In this document: piece by piece, positions 38,073 to 46,282 of the stretch | Layout: each line of letters begins with the position of its first letter | Position numbering within the stretch: the stretch's first letter is position 1 | Assembly: GCA_963820115.1 (NCBI GenBank) | Contig: CAWFYP010000001.1 | Coordinates: 698,897 to 762,896 of the forward strand | From: an uncultured Alphaproteobacteria bacterium | Lineage (GTDB): Bacteria; Pseudomonadota; Alphaproteobacteria; Rhizobiales; Methyloligellaceae | Length of the DNA stretch: 64,000 nt | Direction: 5' to 3' | Made by a program: the position numbers and the translations under genes | Notes under the pieces: model-generated | Databases searched by the model: none | The model's input: only the letters and a program-made list of their open reading frames with translations | What the model was told of the DNA's origin: nothing

Positions 38073-38345
38073 TCAGCCAGCGGGGCCGAAGCCTCGGACC
38101 GCGGGCGACGGCAAGTCCTGGGCGCCGATGAGTTCATCATGGCGCACAAGCCCGAGGTCCACATCCCTGTCCGGCAGGATCGCGATCGTTTGGGGGCCGA
38201 TGCAAATGACGACGTGGTTTTGCTTTGGGGCCGCGAGCCGCGCCCAGGCTTTCAATTGCGAATAAAAAAGCTCCGCCTTCCACGCGTCCGGCCGGCTCGG
38301 ATCGACATGAGCCGCGAGCGTTGTTCCCTCCGCCTCGGCCTGCAC
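38073..38345 (-). CDS. hypothetical protein (GTG start, 90 aa)
   Basis: The frame has high third-position GC (hand count roughly three quarters G/C). It begins 9 nt after the PPK2 stop. No family recognised; it could be a gene fragment. Confidence 0.35.
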   Translation of the reverse strand: MQAEAEGTTLAAHVDPSRPDAWKAELFYSQLKAWARLAAPKQNHVVICIGPQTIAILPDRDVDLGLVRHDELIGAQDLPSPAVRGFGPAG

Positions 38346-38354
38346 GCCGAAGCC

Positions 38355-39233
38355 TTAGCCTTCGGTGAGCGCGGTGCGGACCGCAGCGAGATCGCGCAGC
38401 GCGGCCTCGCCGAGCTTCGGGAATTTGGGATCGATTGCCTCCAATTGCTCAACCATTGCCGCGGCGACGATGAGGCGGGTGAACCATTTGTGATCGGCGG
38501 GCACCACATACCAGGGCGCCTCCGGTGTCGCGGTCGCGCGGATCATATCGTCATAGGCAGCCATGAATTGATCCCACAGCTTGCGCTCGCCCACGTCGCC
38601 GGCATTGAACTTCCACTGCTTGGCCGGATCGTCGATGCGGGCGAGCAGTCGCTTCTTTTGCTCTTTCTTTGAGACATGGAGGAAGAGCTTGATCGGCACG
38701 ATGCCATTGCGGGCGAGATGTCGCTCGAAGTCGTTGATGTCTTCGAAGCGCTCCTGCCAGATATTCTTGGTGATGAGTTTGGGCGGCAGGCCCTGGCGCT
38801 CGAGCAGCTCCTTGTGCACGCGCACAACCAGCACCTCCTCGTAATAGGAGCGGTTGAAGATACCGATATGCCCGCGCCGCGGCAGCGCCACCGCCGCACG
38901 CCAGAGGAAATCGTGGTCGAGCTCGAGCTCGCTCGGCGCCTTGAAGGAATGTACGTCGCAGCCTTGCGGATTGACACCCGACATCACGTGCTTGATGACG
39001 CCGTCCTTGCCTGCCGCGTCGAGTGCCTGGAGGATGACGAGGATCGCCCAAGTGTGGTCGGCATAGAGCCGCTCCTGCAGGGCGGCGAGGCGGTTGACCC
39101 CTTCAGCGAGAATCGCCTTGGCCTCGGCCTTCTTGATGTCGATGCCGCAGGTATCGGATGGATCGATCTTGGCTAGCTCAAACTCGCTGCCTTTGCGAAT
39201 GCGATAGCGCTTGAGAATGTCGGATATGAGCAT
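38355..39233 (-). CDS. polyphosphate kinase 2 (PPK2) family protein
   Basis: ILVILQALDAAGKDGVIKHVMSGVNPQG (Walker A-like), FNRSYYEEVLVVRVH, lid region, 292 aa. Confidence 0.9.
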   Translation of the reverse strand: MLISDILKRYRIRKGSEFELAKIDPSDTCGIDIKKAEAKAILAEGVNRLAALQERLYADHTWAILVILQALDAAGKDGVIKHVMSGVNPQGCDVHSFKAPSELELDHDFLWRAAVALPRRGHIGIFNRSYYEEVLVVRVHKELLERQGLPPKLITKNIWQERFEDINDFERHLARNGIVPIKLFLHVSKKEQKKRLLARIDDPAKQWKFNAGDVGERKLWDQFMAAYDDMIRATATPEAPWYVVPADHKWFTRLIVAAAMVEQLEAIDPKFPKLGEAALRDLAAVRTALTEG

Positions 39234-39335
39234 CGTACCGCCTTGGGATTGGCTGGGCGGGGCTTAGGCTAACCCATTGCGCCAGACCTTGGCGACGCTG
39301 AACTGAAGGAAGCGACGCCCTTTTCCGATCCATGC

Positions 39336-40058
39336 TCAGAAGCGGGTGGTCAGATCGGTCAGCCAGGCGGGGGAGGCGGCGACGAGCTTCACCTCCACGG
39401 TCTTGTCGAGGCCGCTGACGATGAAGAGGCCGGTCGCGATCAATACCGCACCGAGCGTCATCTTGGCGCCGGTTCCTGCCGCGTGCAGTCGGCTGCGCCA
39501 GTGCATCAAGACCTCCCGCGACAGCAGCCCCAAGACAAGAAGGGGGAGCGCGGCGCCCATGCCGAAGACGAGCATGGTCACGGCGACGTGGCTGAGGTCC
39601 TTGCCTTGGGCGGCGAGAACGGAAGCGGCGCCGAGGGTGGGGCCGACGCAGGGGCTCCACACTGCGCCGAGTAGAAGGCCGACCAGGAATTGACCCGTGA
39701 CGCCCGGCAGGGTTGCGCCGCCCCATTGCTGTTCCATCCAATTGCTCACCGGGCCCGCGGCCACCGCGACCCGCTGCTGCAGGGACGGCATCACCAGCAC
39801 GATGCCGATGGCGATCAGCACGATGGCGGCGGCGGAGCGGAATAGGCCGGCGTCAAGTCCGATGGAGAAGCCGATGGTGGCGATGAACAATCCGACGGTG
39901 ACGAAGGAGAGGGCGACGCCGGCGGCGAGCGCCACGGGTCCCCACCGATACGCCGATGCCGCCGAGCCGAAGACGATGGGAAGGAGCGGCAACACGCAAG
40001 GCGAGAGCACCGACAGCAGGCCGGCGAGAAAGGCAAAGCTGAGGACGCCCCATCCCAT
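39336..40058 (-). CDS. cytochrome c biogenesis CcdA / DsbD-family thiol:disulfide transmembrane protein
   Basis: LLSVLSPCVLPLLPIVFG and WSPCVGPTLG (the two membrane-embedded Cys motifs). Six hydrophobic segments. Starts 9 nt after the thioredoxin stop. Confidence 0.88.
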   Translation of the reverse strand: MGWGVLSFAFLAGLLSVLSPCVLPLLPIVFGSAASAYRWGPVALAAGVALSFVTVGLFIATIGFSIGLDAGLFRSAAAIVLIAIGIVLVMPSLQQRVAVAAGPVSNWMEQQWGGATLPGVTGQFLVGLLLGAVWSPCVGPTLGAASVLAAQGKDLSHVAVTMLVFGMGAALPLLVLGLLSREVLMHWRSRLHAAGTGAKMTLGAVLIATGLFIVSGLDKTVEVKLVAASPAWLTDLTTRF

Positions 40059-40067
40059 GGCGCGCGC

Positions 40068-40469
40068 TTACAGCGCCCTTTTCACCAACTCGCTGATCGC
40101 GCCGGCATTGGTGCTGCCGACGGAGCGGCCTTCCTCGGTGGCGCCCTTGAATACGATCAAGGTGCTCTGCTGTTGCACGTTCAGCGCCCGAAGGGCCGGC
40201 TTCTGGGTATCGAAATCCACATCGAAGATGGTGAGGTCCTTGTATTCCGGCTGCGCAGCCAAAGATTGGATGATGGGCTTTTGTGCGCGGCAGGTAGGGC
40301 ACCAGGGCGCGGAAACGTCAACAAGGATGGATTTCCCCGCGGCCTGAGCCGCGGCAAAGGCCGATTCCTCGAACGGCATACGCTCGGCGGCAAATGATGT
40401 GGCCGTCCAACAGGCGGCGGCCAAGATGAGCAGGCAGGCGAGAAGCAGTCTCTTGGGCGTCGCGGACAT
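40068..40469 (-). CDS. periplasmic thioredoxin family protein (WCPTC)
   Basis: ATG at 40469 gives signal peptide MSATPKRLLLACLLILAAACWTATSFA. Active site VDVSAPWCPTCRAQ. Confidence 0.88.
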   Translation of the reverse strand: MSATPKRLLLACLLILAAACWTATSFAAERMPFEESAFAAAQAAGKSILVDVSAPWCPTCRAQKPIIQSLAAQPEYKDLTIFDVDFDTQKPALRALNVQQQSTLIVFKGATEEGRSVGSTNAGAISELVKRAL

Positions 40470-40559
40470 GATTGATCTTCTCCGGGGTTGAATGAGACGG
40501 TTGGGACGGAGGCGAGACCCGGGAGCGGCCACCGCGCCCGAGCCTCGTTCCGAAGACGA

Positions 40560-40817
40560 TCAGCCGTGCGTTAGCGTACCGCCCTTGGCGACGCATGACG
40601 ATTTGCCGAGAAGCACGAAGCCCCTGCCCTTGCAGGCGTTCTGGCCCTTACAAGCATTGGCCAGCGACTTGCAGCTGCCATGGCCCTTGCAGGCATTGAC
40701 CCCGAAGCACTTGACCATGTACGCGGCGCTGGCCGGCGCTATCGGGGCCGCCATGCCGACCACCAACAAGGCGGCCGCGGTGGCAAGAGTCACTCCCGAT
40801 CTTGCAATGAGTTTCAT
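40560..40817 (-). CDS. secreted 6-Cys peptide with three NACKG repeats (DUF2282/BufA bufferin-precursor-like)
   Basis: Start MKLIARS at 40817 (GAGGGG 10 nt upstream; an alternative ATG at 40826). Signal peptide ...APASA. Mature part AYMVKCFGVNACKGHGSCKSLANACKGQNACKGRGFVLLGKSSCVAKGGTLTHG. Confidence 0.7.
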   Translation of the reverse strand: MKLIARSGVTLATAAALLVVGMAAPIAPASAAYMVKCFGVNACKGHGSCKSLANACKGQNACKGRGFVLLGKSSCVAKGGTLTHG

Positions 40818-41098
40818 GTTTTGCATTCCCCTCGCTTCAGGTTGCGGTAAGTCCCTGAGACCAGTTCGCGCGCATTTCCGCAGCTTGCGGCGGAGCGCTA
40901 AAATGGTCTCGTCAGCAAACCATTCCTCCGCACGACACCACTAGCGGGCCGGGGACGAACCCTTTCCGGCAGCGGTGCAGCGATGGGTGCTGCGGGTGGA
41001 GCGACGCTAGCAGGGCCGGGGCCGGGTGCGGATTCACATTCGCTCACTTCACGGAGAGCGGCTGGTCACTGCGCATCACGGCTGCGCGAACAGACGGC

Positions 41099-42070
41099 TT
41101 ACTCCGCGGCCTCGGTCAGAGCATCGAGGCCGGCGAGATGGCGCTCGGCGTCGAGCGCGGCCATGCAGCCCATGCCCGCCGCCGTCACCGCCTGGCGATA
41201 GACGTCATCGGCCACGTCGCCGGCGGCAAACACGCCGGGCACGCTGGTCGCGGTCGAGCGGGGCGCGGTGAGAATGTAGCCCGAGGGCTTCATGTCGATC
41301 TGCCCCTTGAACAGCTGTGTCTGCGGCACATGGCCGATCGCGATGAACACGCCGTCGATGGGCAGGCTCGTGAACTCACTGGTGAGGGTGCTCTTAAGCT
41401 TCACCCCGGTCGCGGTGCGCGGATCCTCGTGGCCCGTGACCTCGGCCAACTCGGAATTCCACAGAACGTCGATCTTCGGATTGGCGAATAGGCGTTCCTG
41501 CAAGATCTTCTCCGCGCGCAAGGCGCCACGCCGATGCACCAGTATCACTTTCTCGGCGATGTTGGCGAGATAGAGCGCCTCCTCGACCGCGGTGTTGCCG
41601 CCGCCGATCACGATGACCTTCTTGCCGCGGAAGAAGAAGCCGTCGCAGGTGGCGCAGGCCGAGACGCCGTATCCCTTGAAGCGGTCTTCCGAGGGCAAGC
41701 CGAGCCAGCGCGCTTGGGCGCCCGTGGCGATGATGAGGGTGTCGGCGGTGTATTCGGTGCCGCTGTCGCCCTTGAGCCAGAAGGGTTGGCGCTTGAGGTC
41801 CACGGCGTCGATATGGTCGGCGACGATCTCGGTGCCGACATGCATGGCCTGAACGCGCATCTGATCCATGAGCCAGGGCCCCTGGATGATTTCGGCAAAG
41901 CCCGGGTAGTTCTCCACGTCGGTGGTGGTCGTCATCTGCCCGCCAGCCTCGATGCCTTCGATGAGGAGCGGCTTCAGCATGGCGCGGGCGGCATAGATGC
42001 CCGCCGTGTAACCGGCAGGACCGGAGCCGATGATAATGAGCTTGGAGTGACGGGATGCCTGAGAGGCCAT
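41099..42070 (-). CDS. trxB: thioredoxin-disulfide reductase
   Basis: [19 protein letters not shown] motif, redox-active CATCDG and NADPH motif [10 protein letters not shown]. 323 aa. Confidence 0.95.
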   Translation of the reverse strand: MASQASRHSKLIIIGSGPAGYTAGIYAARAMLKPLLIEGIEAGGQMTTTTDVENYPGFAEIIQGPWLMDQMRVQAMHVGTEIVADHIDAVDLKRQPFWLKGDSGTEYTADTLIIATGAQARWLGLPSEDRFKGYGVSACATCDGFFFRGKKVIVIGGGNTAVEEALYLANIAEKVILVHRRGALRAEKILQERLFANPKIDVLWNSELAEVTGHEDPRTATGVKLKSTLTSEFTSLPIDGVFIAIGHVPQTQLFKGQIDMKPSGYILTAPRSTATSVPGVFAAGDVADDVYRQAVTAAGMGCMAALDAERHLAGLDALTEAAE

Positions 42071-42230
42071 TGCAGCGGGCCTTTATCATGGGACAGGATG
42101 AGAAGAGGTAAGCGCGAAGGTGCGGTCGCGCAACTCACGCCCACGAGAGGGTGAATGAGGCTTGGGTTTTAAGGTGAAACACGCCTGGTCGCACGGCGAC
42201 CCCCGCTGGACACGCGCCAGGCCGAAAAGT

Positions 42231-42851
42231 CTAGTAGGCGTCGGCCATCTTCTTGAAGCGCGCCGAGATCTTGTGGCGCAAGGCGTGGAAGCCCCGGCGG
42301 CCCTCCGACACCATCCAGTTCATCTGGATCGAGCGGCGCACGCCCTCGAAGGGCTCATGGCCGTGCCAGGATCTCTCCGAGCGCCGGAATATGAGCAACG
42401 TGCCATCGTCTGGTGGCACCTGCTCGACATAGTCGGCGAGATCGCTTTCGCTGCGCAAGAGCCTAAGCTTACCGTGTTCGTGCGGCCACAATTCGTTGAG
42501 ATAGAGCAGCACGGTGATGATCTTGTCTTTGGAGTCGGTGTGGATCTTGCCGTCGGAGGCCCGGCAATAGCCGCGCAGCGAGTACATTTTCGGCTTGCCG
42601 GCCAGCGCTACGCCGAATTTTCCTTCGACCGCCCGCTCGAAATCCGGCCCGTCCATCTGGTCGATAACCGCCCGCAGCATCGGCGGCACCGTGATCGAAT
42701 CGAGGGGATAGGAGCCGCCCTTGAGGTCGGGATAGCTATCGATCACGCGGGAAAGGCTGGCGGCTTTGAGGAAGTTCGGGACCACGACATAGTCGAACGG
42801 GTCGCTTTTCAGCTTGGCGCTCTGCACGCGGTCGATATCTATATGCGTCAT
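42231..42851 (-). CDS. 2OG-Fe(II) oxygenase family protein
   Basis: HTD...H iron triad context (GKIHTDSKDK ... SWHGHEP). ATG at 42851 with a GAGGAG Shine-Dalgarno inside the 3' end of the upstream gene. Confidence 0.7.
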   Translation of the reverse strand: MTHIDIDRVQSAKLKSDPFDYVVVPNFLKAASLSRVIDSYPDLKGGSYPLDSITVPPMLRAVIDQMDGPDFERAVEGKFGVALAGKPKMYSLRGYCRASDGKIHTDSKDKIITVLLYLNELWPHEHGKLRLLRSESDLADYVEQVPPDDGTLLIFRRSERSWHGHEPFEGVRRSIQMNWMVSEGRRGFHALRHKISARFKKMADAY

Positions 42852-42869
42852 TGTCCCCACTCCTCGCCG

Positions 42870-43964
42870 TCAATCCTTGCCTGCCGACCGCGTCAGCCAG
42901 CGCCGCTCGATCTCGCGAGCGATCAGGGCGGCGGAATCTAGCGGCACGTAACGCCAGCTTTCAAGTCGCTCGAAAACGGCCGGCAACGGTCGCGTCGCGC
43001 CATGACACCGCAAGGCATTGTGAAAGCGAGCGAATTTGGCCGAGCCGCCTTCCGGCTCAAAAACATACACTGGACGCGCGGTCGCGCAAGCCTCGCCGGT
43101 CATATTTACGGAGTCGGCCGTGACAATCAGCAGGTCGGCGTGCGCCAGAAAGAGCACGTAAGGGTTGTCGCTGGTGCCCTCCCATACAATGCGGGGCGCA
43201 CCTTCGGTCGCCCGCGTGACGGCATACATGAGCGCCGCTGGCGTGCGCCGAGAGCCCGTGACGAGGAAGCTCGTGCCAAGCCGCTTGAGCGAGGCGAGTG
43301 CAACCTCGAGCCGTTCCATGCTTGCGACGTCGAAACGATAGGCGGCGTTCGGTCCGCCCAGCATCACCGCCACACGCGGGGAGGGCAGGGCGGCCACCTC
43401 ACGCGGCGGCGAGGCGCGCAAGCCTTCCAAGCGCTTCGGCCCGAAGCTATGCGGCGCCGTGAGCGTAACGAACATATTGTTGCCGCTCAGGCCGTCATGC
43501 TCCGGCACGGCGATGAGATCGGCTGTTTTCGGGCCCGTGCGTGGATTCTGGATCACGACCGCGAAGGTCGCAGGGCCGGCCAGCCGGCGGATTGCGCGAA
43601 TATAGGGGATGCTCTGCCGCCCGGTCGCAAGCACGAGGTCCGGCCAGGGCGCGGTAAAGCGGCCGCCGGGGCGCCCGACACCGTCCTTCGGATCCGGCGG
43701 CCCCCATGGCGCGAGCAGGGACCATTGTCGCCGCGCCGCCACGTGCTTGAGGGCAATTGCGACGCCGAGCGCCTCAGCCACCCCCAGCACCTGCACATCC
43801 ATGCCTATCTTGCCGTCCGTGATCAGCCAAGCGGGGCGCCCGGCGAGCGCCCCCGTGGCCAACCCGAGCGACTGCGCGGCCGGGCCCGGGTCAGGTGTGC
43901 TGGCTTCGGAGGCCCTCACCTCACCGCCGCCAAAATTTCCGGAAAGAAAAGCGCTCAATTTCAT
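42870..43964 (-). CDS. mitochondrial fission ELM1 family protein (DUF1022)
   Basis: WLITDGKIGMDVQVLGVAEALG near the N-terminus and overall length (364 aa) fit bacterial ELM1-family proteins. Confidence 0.7.
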   Translation of the reverse strand: MKLSAFLSGNFGGGEVRASEASTPDPGPAAQSLGLATGALAGRPAWLITDGKIGMDVQVLGVAEALGVAIALKHVAARRQWSLLAPWGPPDPKDGVGRPGGRFTAPWPDLVLATGRQSIPYIRAIRRLAGPATFAVVIQNPRTGPKTADLIAVPEHDGLSGNNMFVTLTAPHSFGPKRLEGLRASPPREVAALPSPRVAVMLGGPNAAYRFDVASMERLEVALASLKRLGTSFLVTGSRRTPAALMYAVTRATEGAPRIVWEGTSDNPYVLFLAHADLLIVTADSVNMTGEACATARPVYVFEPEGGSAKFARFHNALRCHGATRPLPAVFERLESWRYVPLDSAALIAREIERRWLTRSAGKD

Positions 43965-44075
43965 TTCGATTCTTGTGGCTGGAGGACGTAAAATTGCGCG
44001 AACGACTGCGAGTCAGTGACGTCTGATTGCCGCCTTCTAGCCCGCAGCCCCCCATTCGTCCAGGGAGCAGCCACG

Positions 44076-44576
44076 ATGCGTTCAGCCCGTCTCGATGCCA
44101 CCGATTGGCGGATCTTGCGCGAATTGCAGACGGATGGCCGCATCACCAATATCGAGCTCGCGCGCCGGGTCGGCATCTCGGCGCCGCCCTGCCTGCGCCG
44201 CGTGCGGGCGCTGGCGGAAGCCGGCATCATCCGCGGCTATACAGCGCGCCTGAACGACAAAGCGCTCGGCTTCGATGTGACCGCCTTCGCCATGGTGGGA
44301 CTGCACAGCCAGGCCGAGGCCGACCTCGTCGCCTTCGAGGAGTGGGTGCGGGGTTCGACCATCGTGCGCGACTGCTACATGCTATCGGGCGAGATCGACT
44401 TCATGCTGAAATGCGTGGCGCCCGATCTGACGGCGTTTCAGGAGTTCATCATTCACGAGCTGACCGCGGCGCCCAATGTGGCAAGCGTCAAGACCTCGCT
44501 CGTCATCCGCTCGTCCAAGCACGCTCCCGGCGTGCCCATCGAGTTGACTCCCACGGCCGGCGGCCCAATCTCCTAA
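44076..44576 (+). CDS. Lrp/AsnC family transcriptional regulator
   Basis: AGGGAG Shine-Dalgarno. LDATDWRILRELQTDGRITNIELARRVGISAPPCLRRVRALAEAGII HTH region plus an AsnC-type ligand domain. Confidence 0.92.
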   Translation: MRSARLDATDWRILRELQTDGRITNIELARRVGISAPPCLRRVRALAEAGIIRGYTARLNDKALGFDVTAFAMVGLHSQAEADLVAFEEWVRGSTIVRDCYMLSGEIDFMLKCVAPDLTAFQEFIIHELTAAPNVASVKTSLVIRSSKHAPGVPIELTPTAGGPIS

Positions 44577-44578
44577 CC

Positions 44579-45664
44579 ATGGATCGACTCCGCGCCAGCG
44601 GTCAGATGCGAAACGACAATCCAGTCCTTGTCGAGGTGGTGCGGGGTGCGCTGATCGAGAGTGCCCATCGCGGCGTAATCGCCATCGCGGATGCCGACGG
44701 ACGCGTGCTGCTTGCGCTCGGCGGGATCGAGCGTCCGGTGTTTCCCCGCTCCGCCGTCAAGGCGTTTCAGGCGATGCCGCTCGTCGAGAGCGGTGCCGCG
44801 GACGCTTTCGCGCTTGGCAAGGCGGAGCTCGCGATCGCGTGCGCGTCCCATAGCGGTGATGCCATCCATATCGAGGCGGTGCGGAGCCTGCTCGATAAAG
44901 CGGGCGTGGACGAGTCGCTGCTCGCTTGCGGGGCGCATTGGCCGCTCAGCGAGGCCGCCCAACGTGGGATCGCCCGCGCCGGCAGCACTCCGCGGCCGAT
45001 CCATAACAATTGCTCGGGCAAGCATGCCGGCATGCTGGCGACGGTCGTCCAGCTCGGGGTCCGGCTGCAAGGCTACGAGCGACCTGACCACCCCGTGCAG
45101 ATTGAAATTGCGCGCGTGATTTCAGAGCTTTGCGGAGTCCGGTTGGAAGCAGGTCAGATGGGCGTCGATGGCTGCTCAGTGCCGACTTATGCCGTGCCGC
45201 TCGCCGCGCTCGCCACGGGCTTTGCTAGGCTCGGTGCCCCCGCGGGCCTCGCCACGCCGCGACAAGAGGCGGCGCGACGCCTCGTGCAGGCCTGCTTCGA
45301 CAAGCCGGCGCTGGTGGCGGGGGAGGGGCGGTTCGATACCATCGCCCTACGCGGGCTCGCCCCTGCCGTCTTCTGCAAAGGCGGCGCGGAAGGCGTCCAT
45401 TGCGCGGCGTTGCCGGAGCTTGGGCTCGGTATCGCGCTCAAGATCGACGATGGCGCCAAGCGCGGAGCGGAGGCGGCGATGGCCCATCTCTTCGCTGCCT
45501 TGGTTCCCGGCGCCGACACGGCACTGGCGGATTTTCTCGACGGCGATGTGCGCAATTGGAAGGGGCAAAGGGCGGGAGGAATCAAGGCGAGTGCCGTGCT
45601 CGCCGAGGCGGCCGCGGAACTTGCCGGGCGCCATCATTCGGCGCCAAACCGCATGCTACGTTGA
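44579..45664 (+). CDS. asparaginase II family protein
   Basis: VEVVRGALIESAHRG...FPRSAVKAFQA...CASHSG...NNCSGKHAGML...DGCSVPT is the typical L-asparaginase II family pattern. ATG at 44579 (or 44606). The 545-aa listed ORF is an upstream extension overlapping lrp. Confidence 0.85.
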   Translation: MDRLRASGQMRNDNPVLVEVVRGALIESAHRGVIAIADADGRVLLALGGIERPVFPRSAVKAFQAMPLVESGAADAFALGKAELAIACASHSGDAIHIEAVRSLLDKAGVDESLLACGAHWPLSEAAQRGIARAGSTPRPIHNNCSGKHAGMLATVVQLGVRLQGYERPDHPVQIEIARVISELCGVRLEAGQMGVDGCSVPTYAVPLAALATGFARLGAPAGLATPRQEAARRLVQACFDKPALVAGEGRFDTIALRGLAPAVFCKGGAEGVHCAALPELGLGIALKIDDGAKRGAEAAMAHLFAALVPGADTALADFLDGDVRNWKGQRAGGIKASAVLAEAAAELAGRHHSAPNRMLR

Positions 45665-45753
45665 TTGCACCACGGGAAGTGGGGCCGGCGAACTCGTCCA
45701 TGTGCGTGGCCCATAAACAGCGGGGGTTTACCCCGCGCGGGAGGAAGAAGCCG

Positions 45754-46275
45754 ATGCGTCTGACACGATTATTCGCGGCGGCCTTAGCGGGTTTGGCCGC
45801 AATGACGGCGGGAGTTGAGCTCAGCTACGCTCAGCCCGTCTCTCCGCCAGGTGGGCAGCTCCGCTGCGACGTCGAGGGCGGCGTAAGCTTCTTCGTCGGA
45901 TCGAGCCGCCGGCTCGATTGCGTGTTCACGCCGACCGACAGGCCGCCGGAATTTTACAAAGGCAGGATCAACCGCGTGGGCGTCGATATCGGCTTCCAAT
46001 CCGCGGGCGTGATCTTGTGGGCGGTGCTATCGCCCGGACTGACCCTGGGGCCGGGGGCGCTCGAGGGCAATTATGTCGGCGCGTCGGCGGCGGTGGCGGC
46101 GGGCGTCGGCGCCGGCGCCAATGCGCTCGTGGGCGGCAACAAGGTCGTGCTCAACCCAGTCAGCGTGAGCGGCAATATCGGCATCAACGTCGCCGCGGGG
46201 ATTGCCGACATCGCCCTGACCTATGTGGTGGGTCCTCCGCCGACAATTCGCCAATATGTGCCGTTTGGCCGCTAG
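45754..46275 (+). CDS. DUF992 domain-containing secreted protein
   Basis: GGGAGGAAG Shine-Dalgarno, signal peptide, GQLRCDVEGGVSFFVGSSRRLDCVF...YKGRINRVGVDIG pattern. Confidence 0.75.
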   Translation: MRLTRLFAAALAGLAAMTAGVELSYAQPVSPPGGQLRCDVEGGVSFFVGSSRRLDCVFTPTDRPPEFYKGRINRVGVDIGFQSAGVILWAVLSPGLTLGPGALEGNYVGASAAVAAGVGAGANALVGGNKVVLNPVSVSGNIGINVAAGIADIALTYVVGPPPTIRQYVPFGR

Positions 46276-46282
46276 TTACAGG

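Noticed and set aside
38016-38672. 218-aa plus-strand ORF spanning the ppk2 3' end
   Set aside because: It is antisense to PPK2 and the 90-codon frame. It has no motifs and shadow-ORF composition.
44027-44578. N-terminal 184-codon extension of the asparaginase II ORF (545-aa version)
   Set aside because: The extension overlaps the Lrp/AsnC gene in another frame and is Arg/Pro-rich. Family-like sequence begins only after the ATG at 44579 or 44606.
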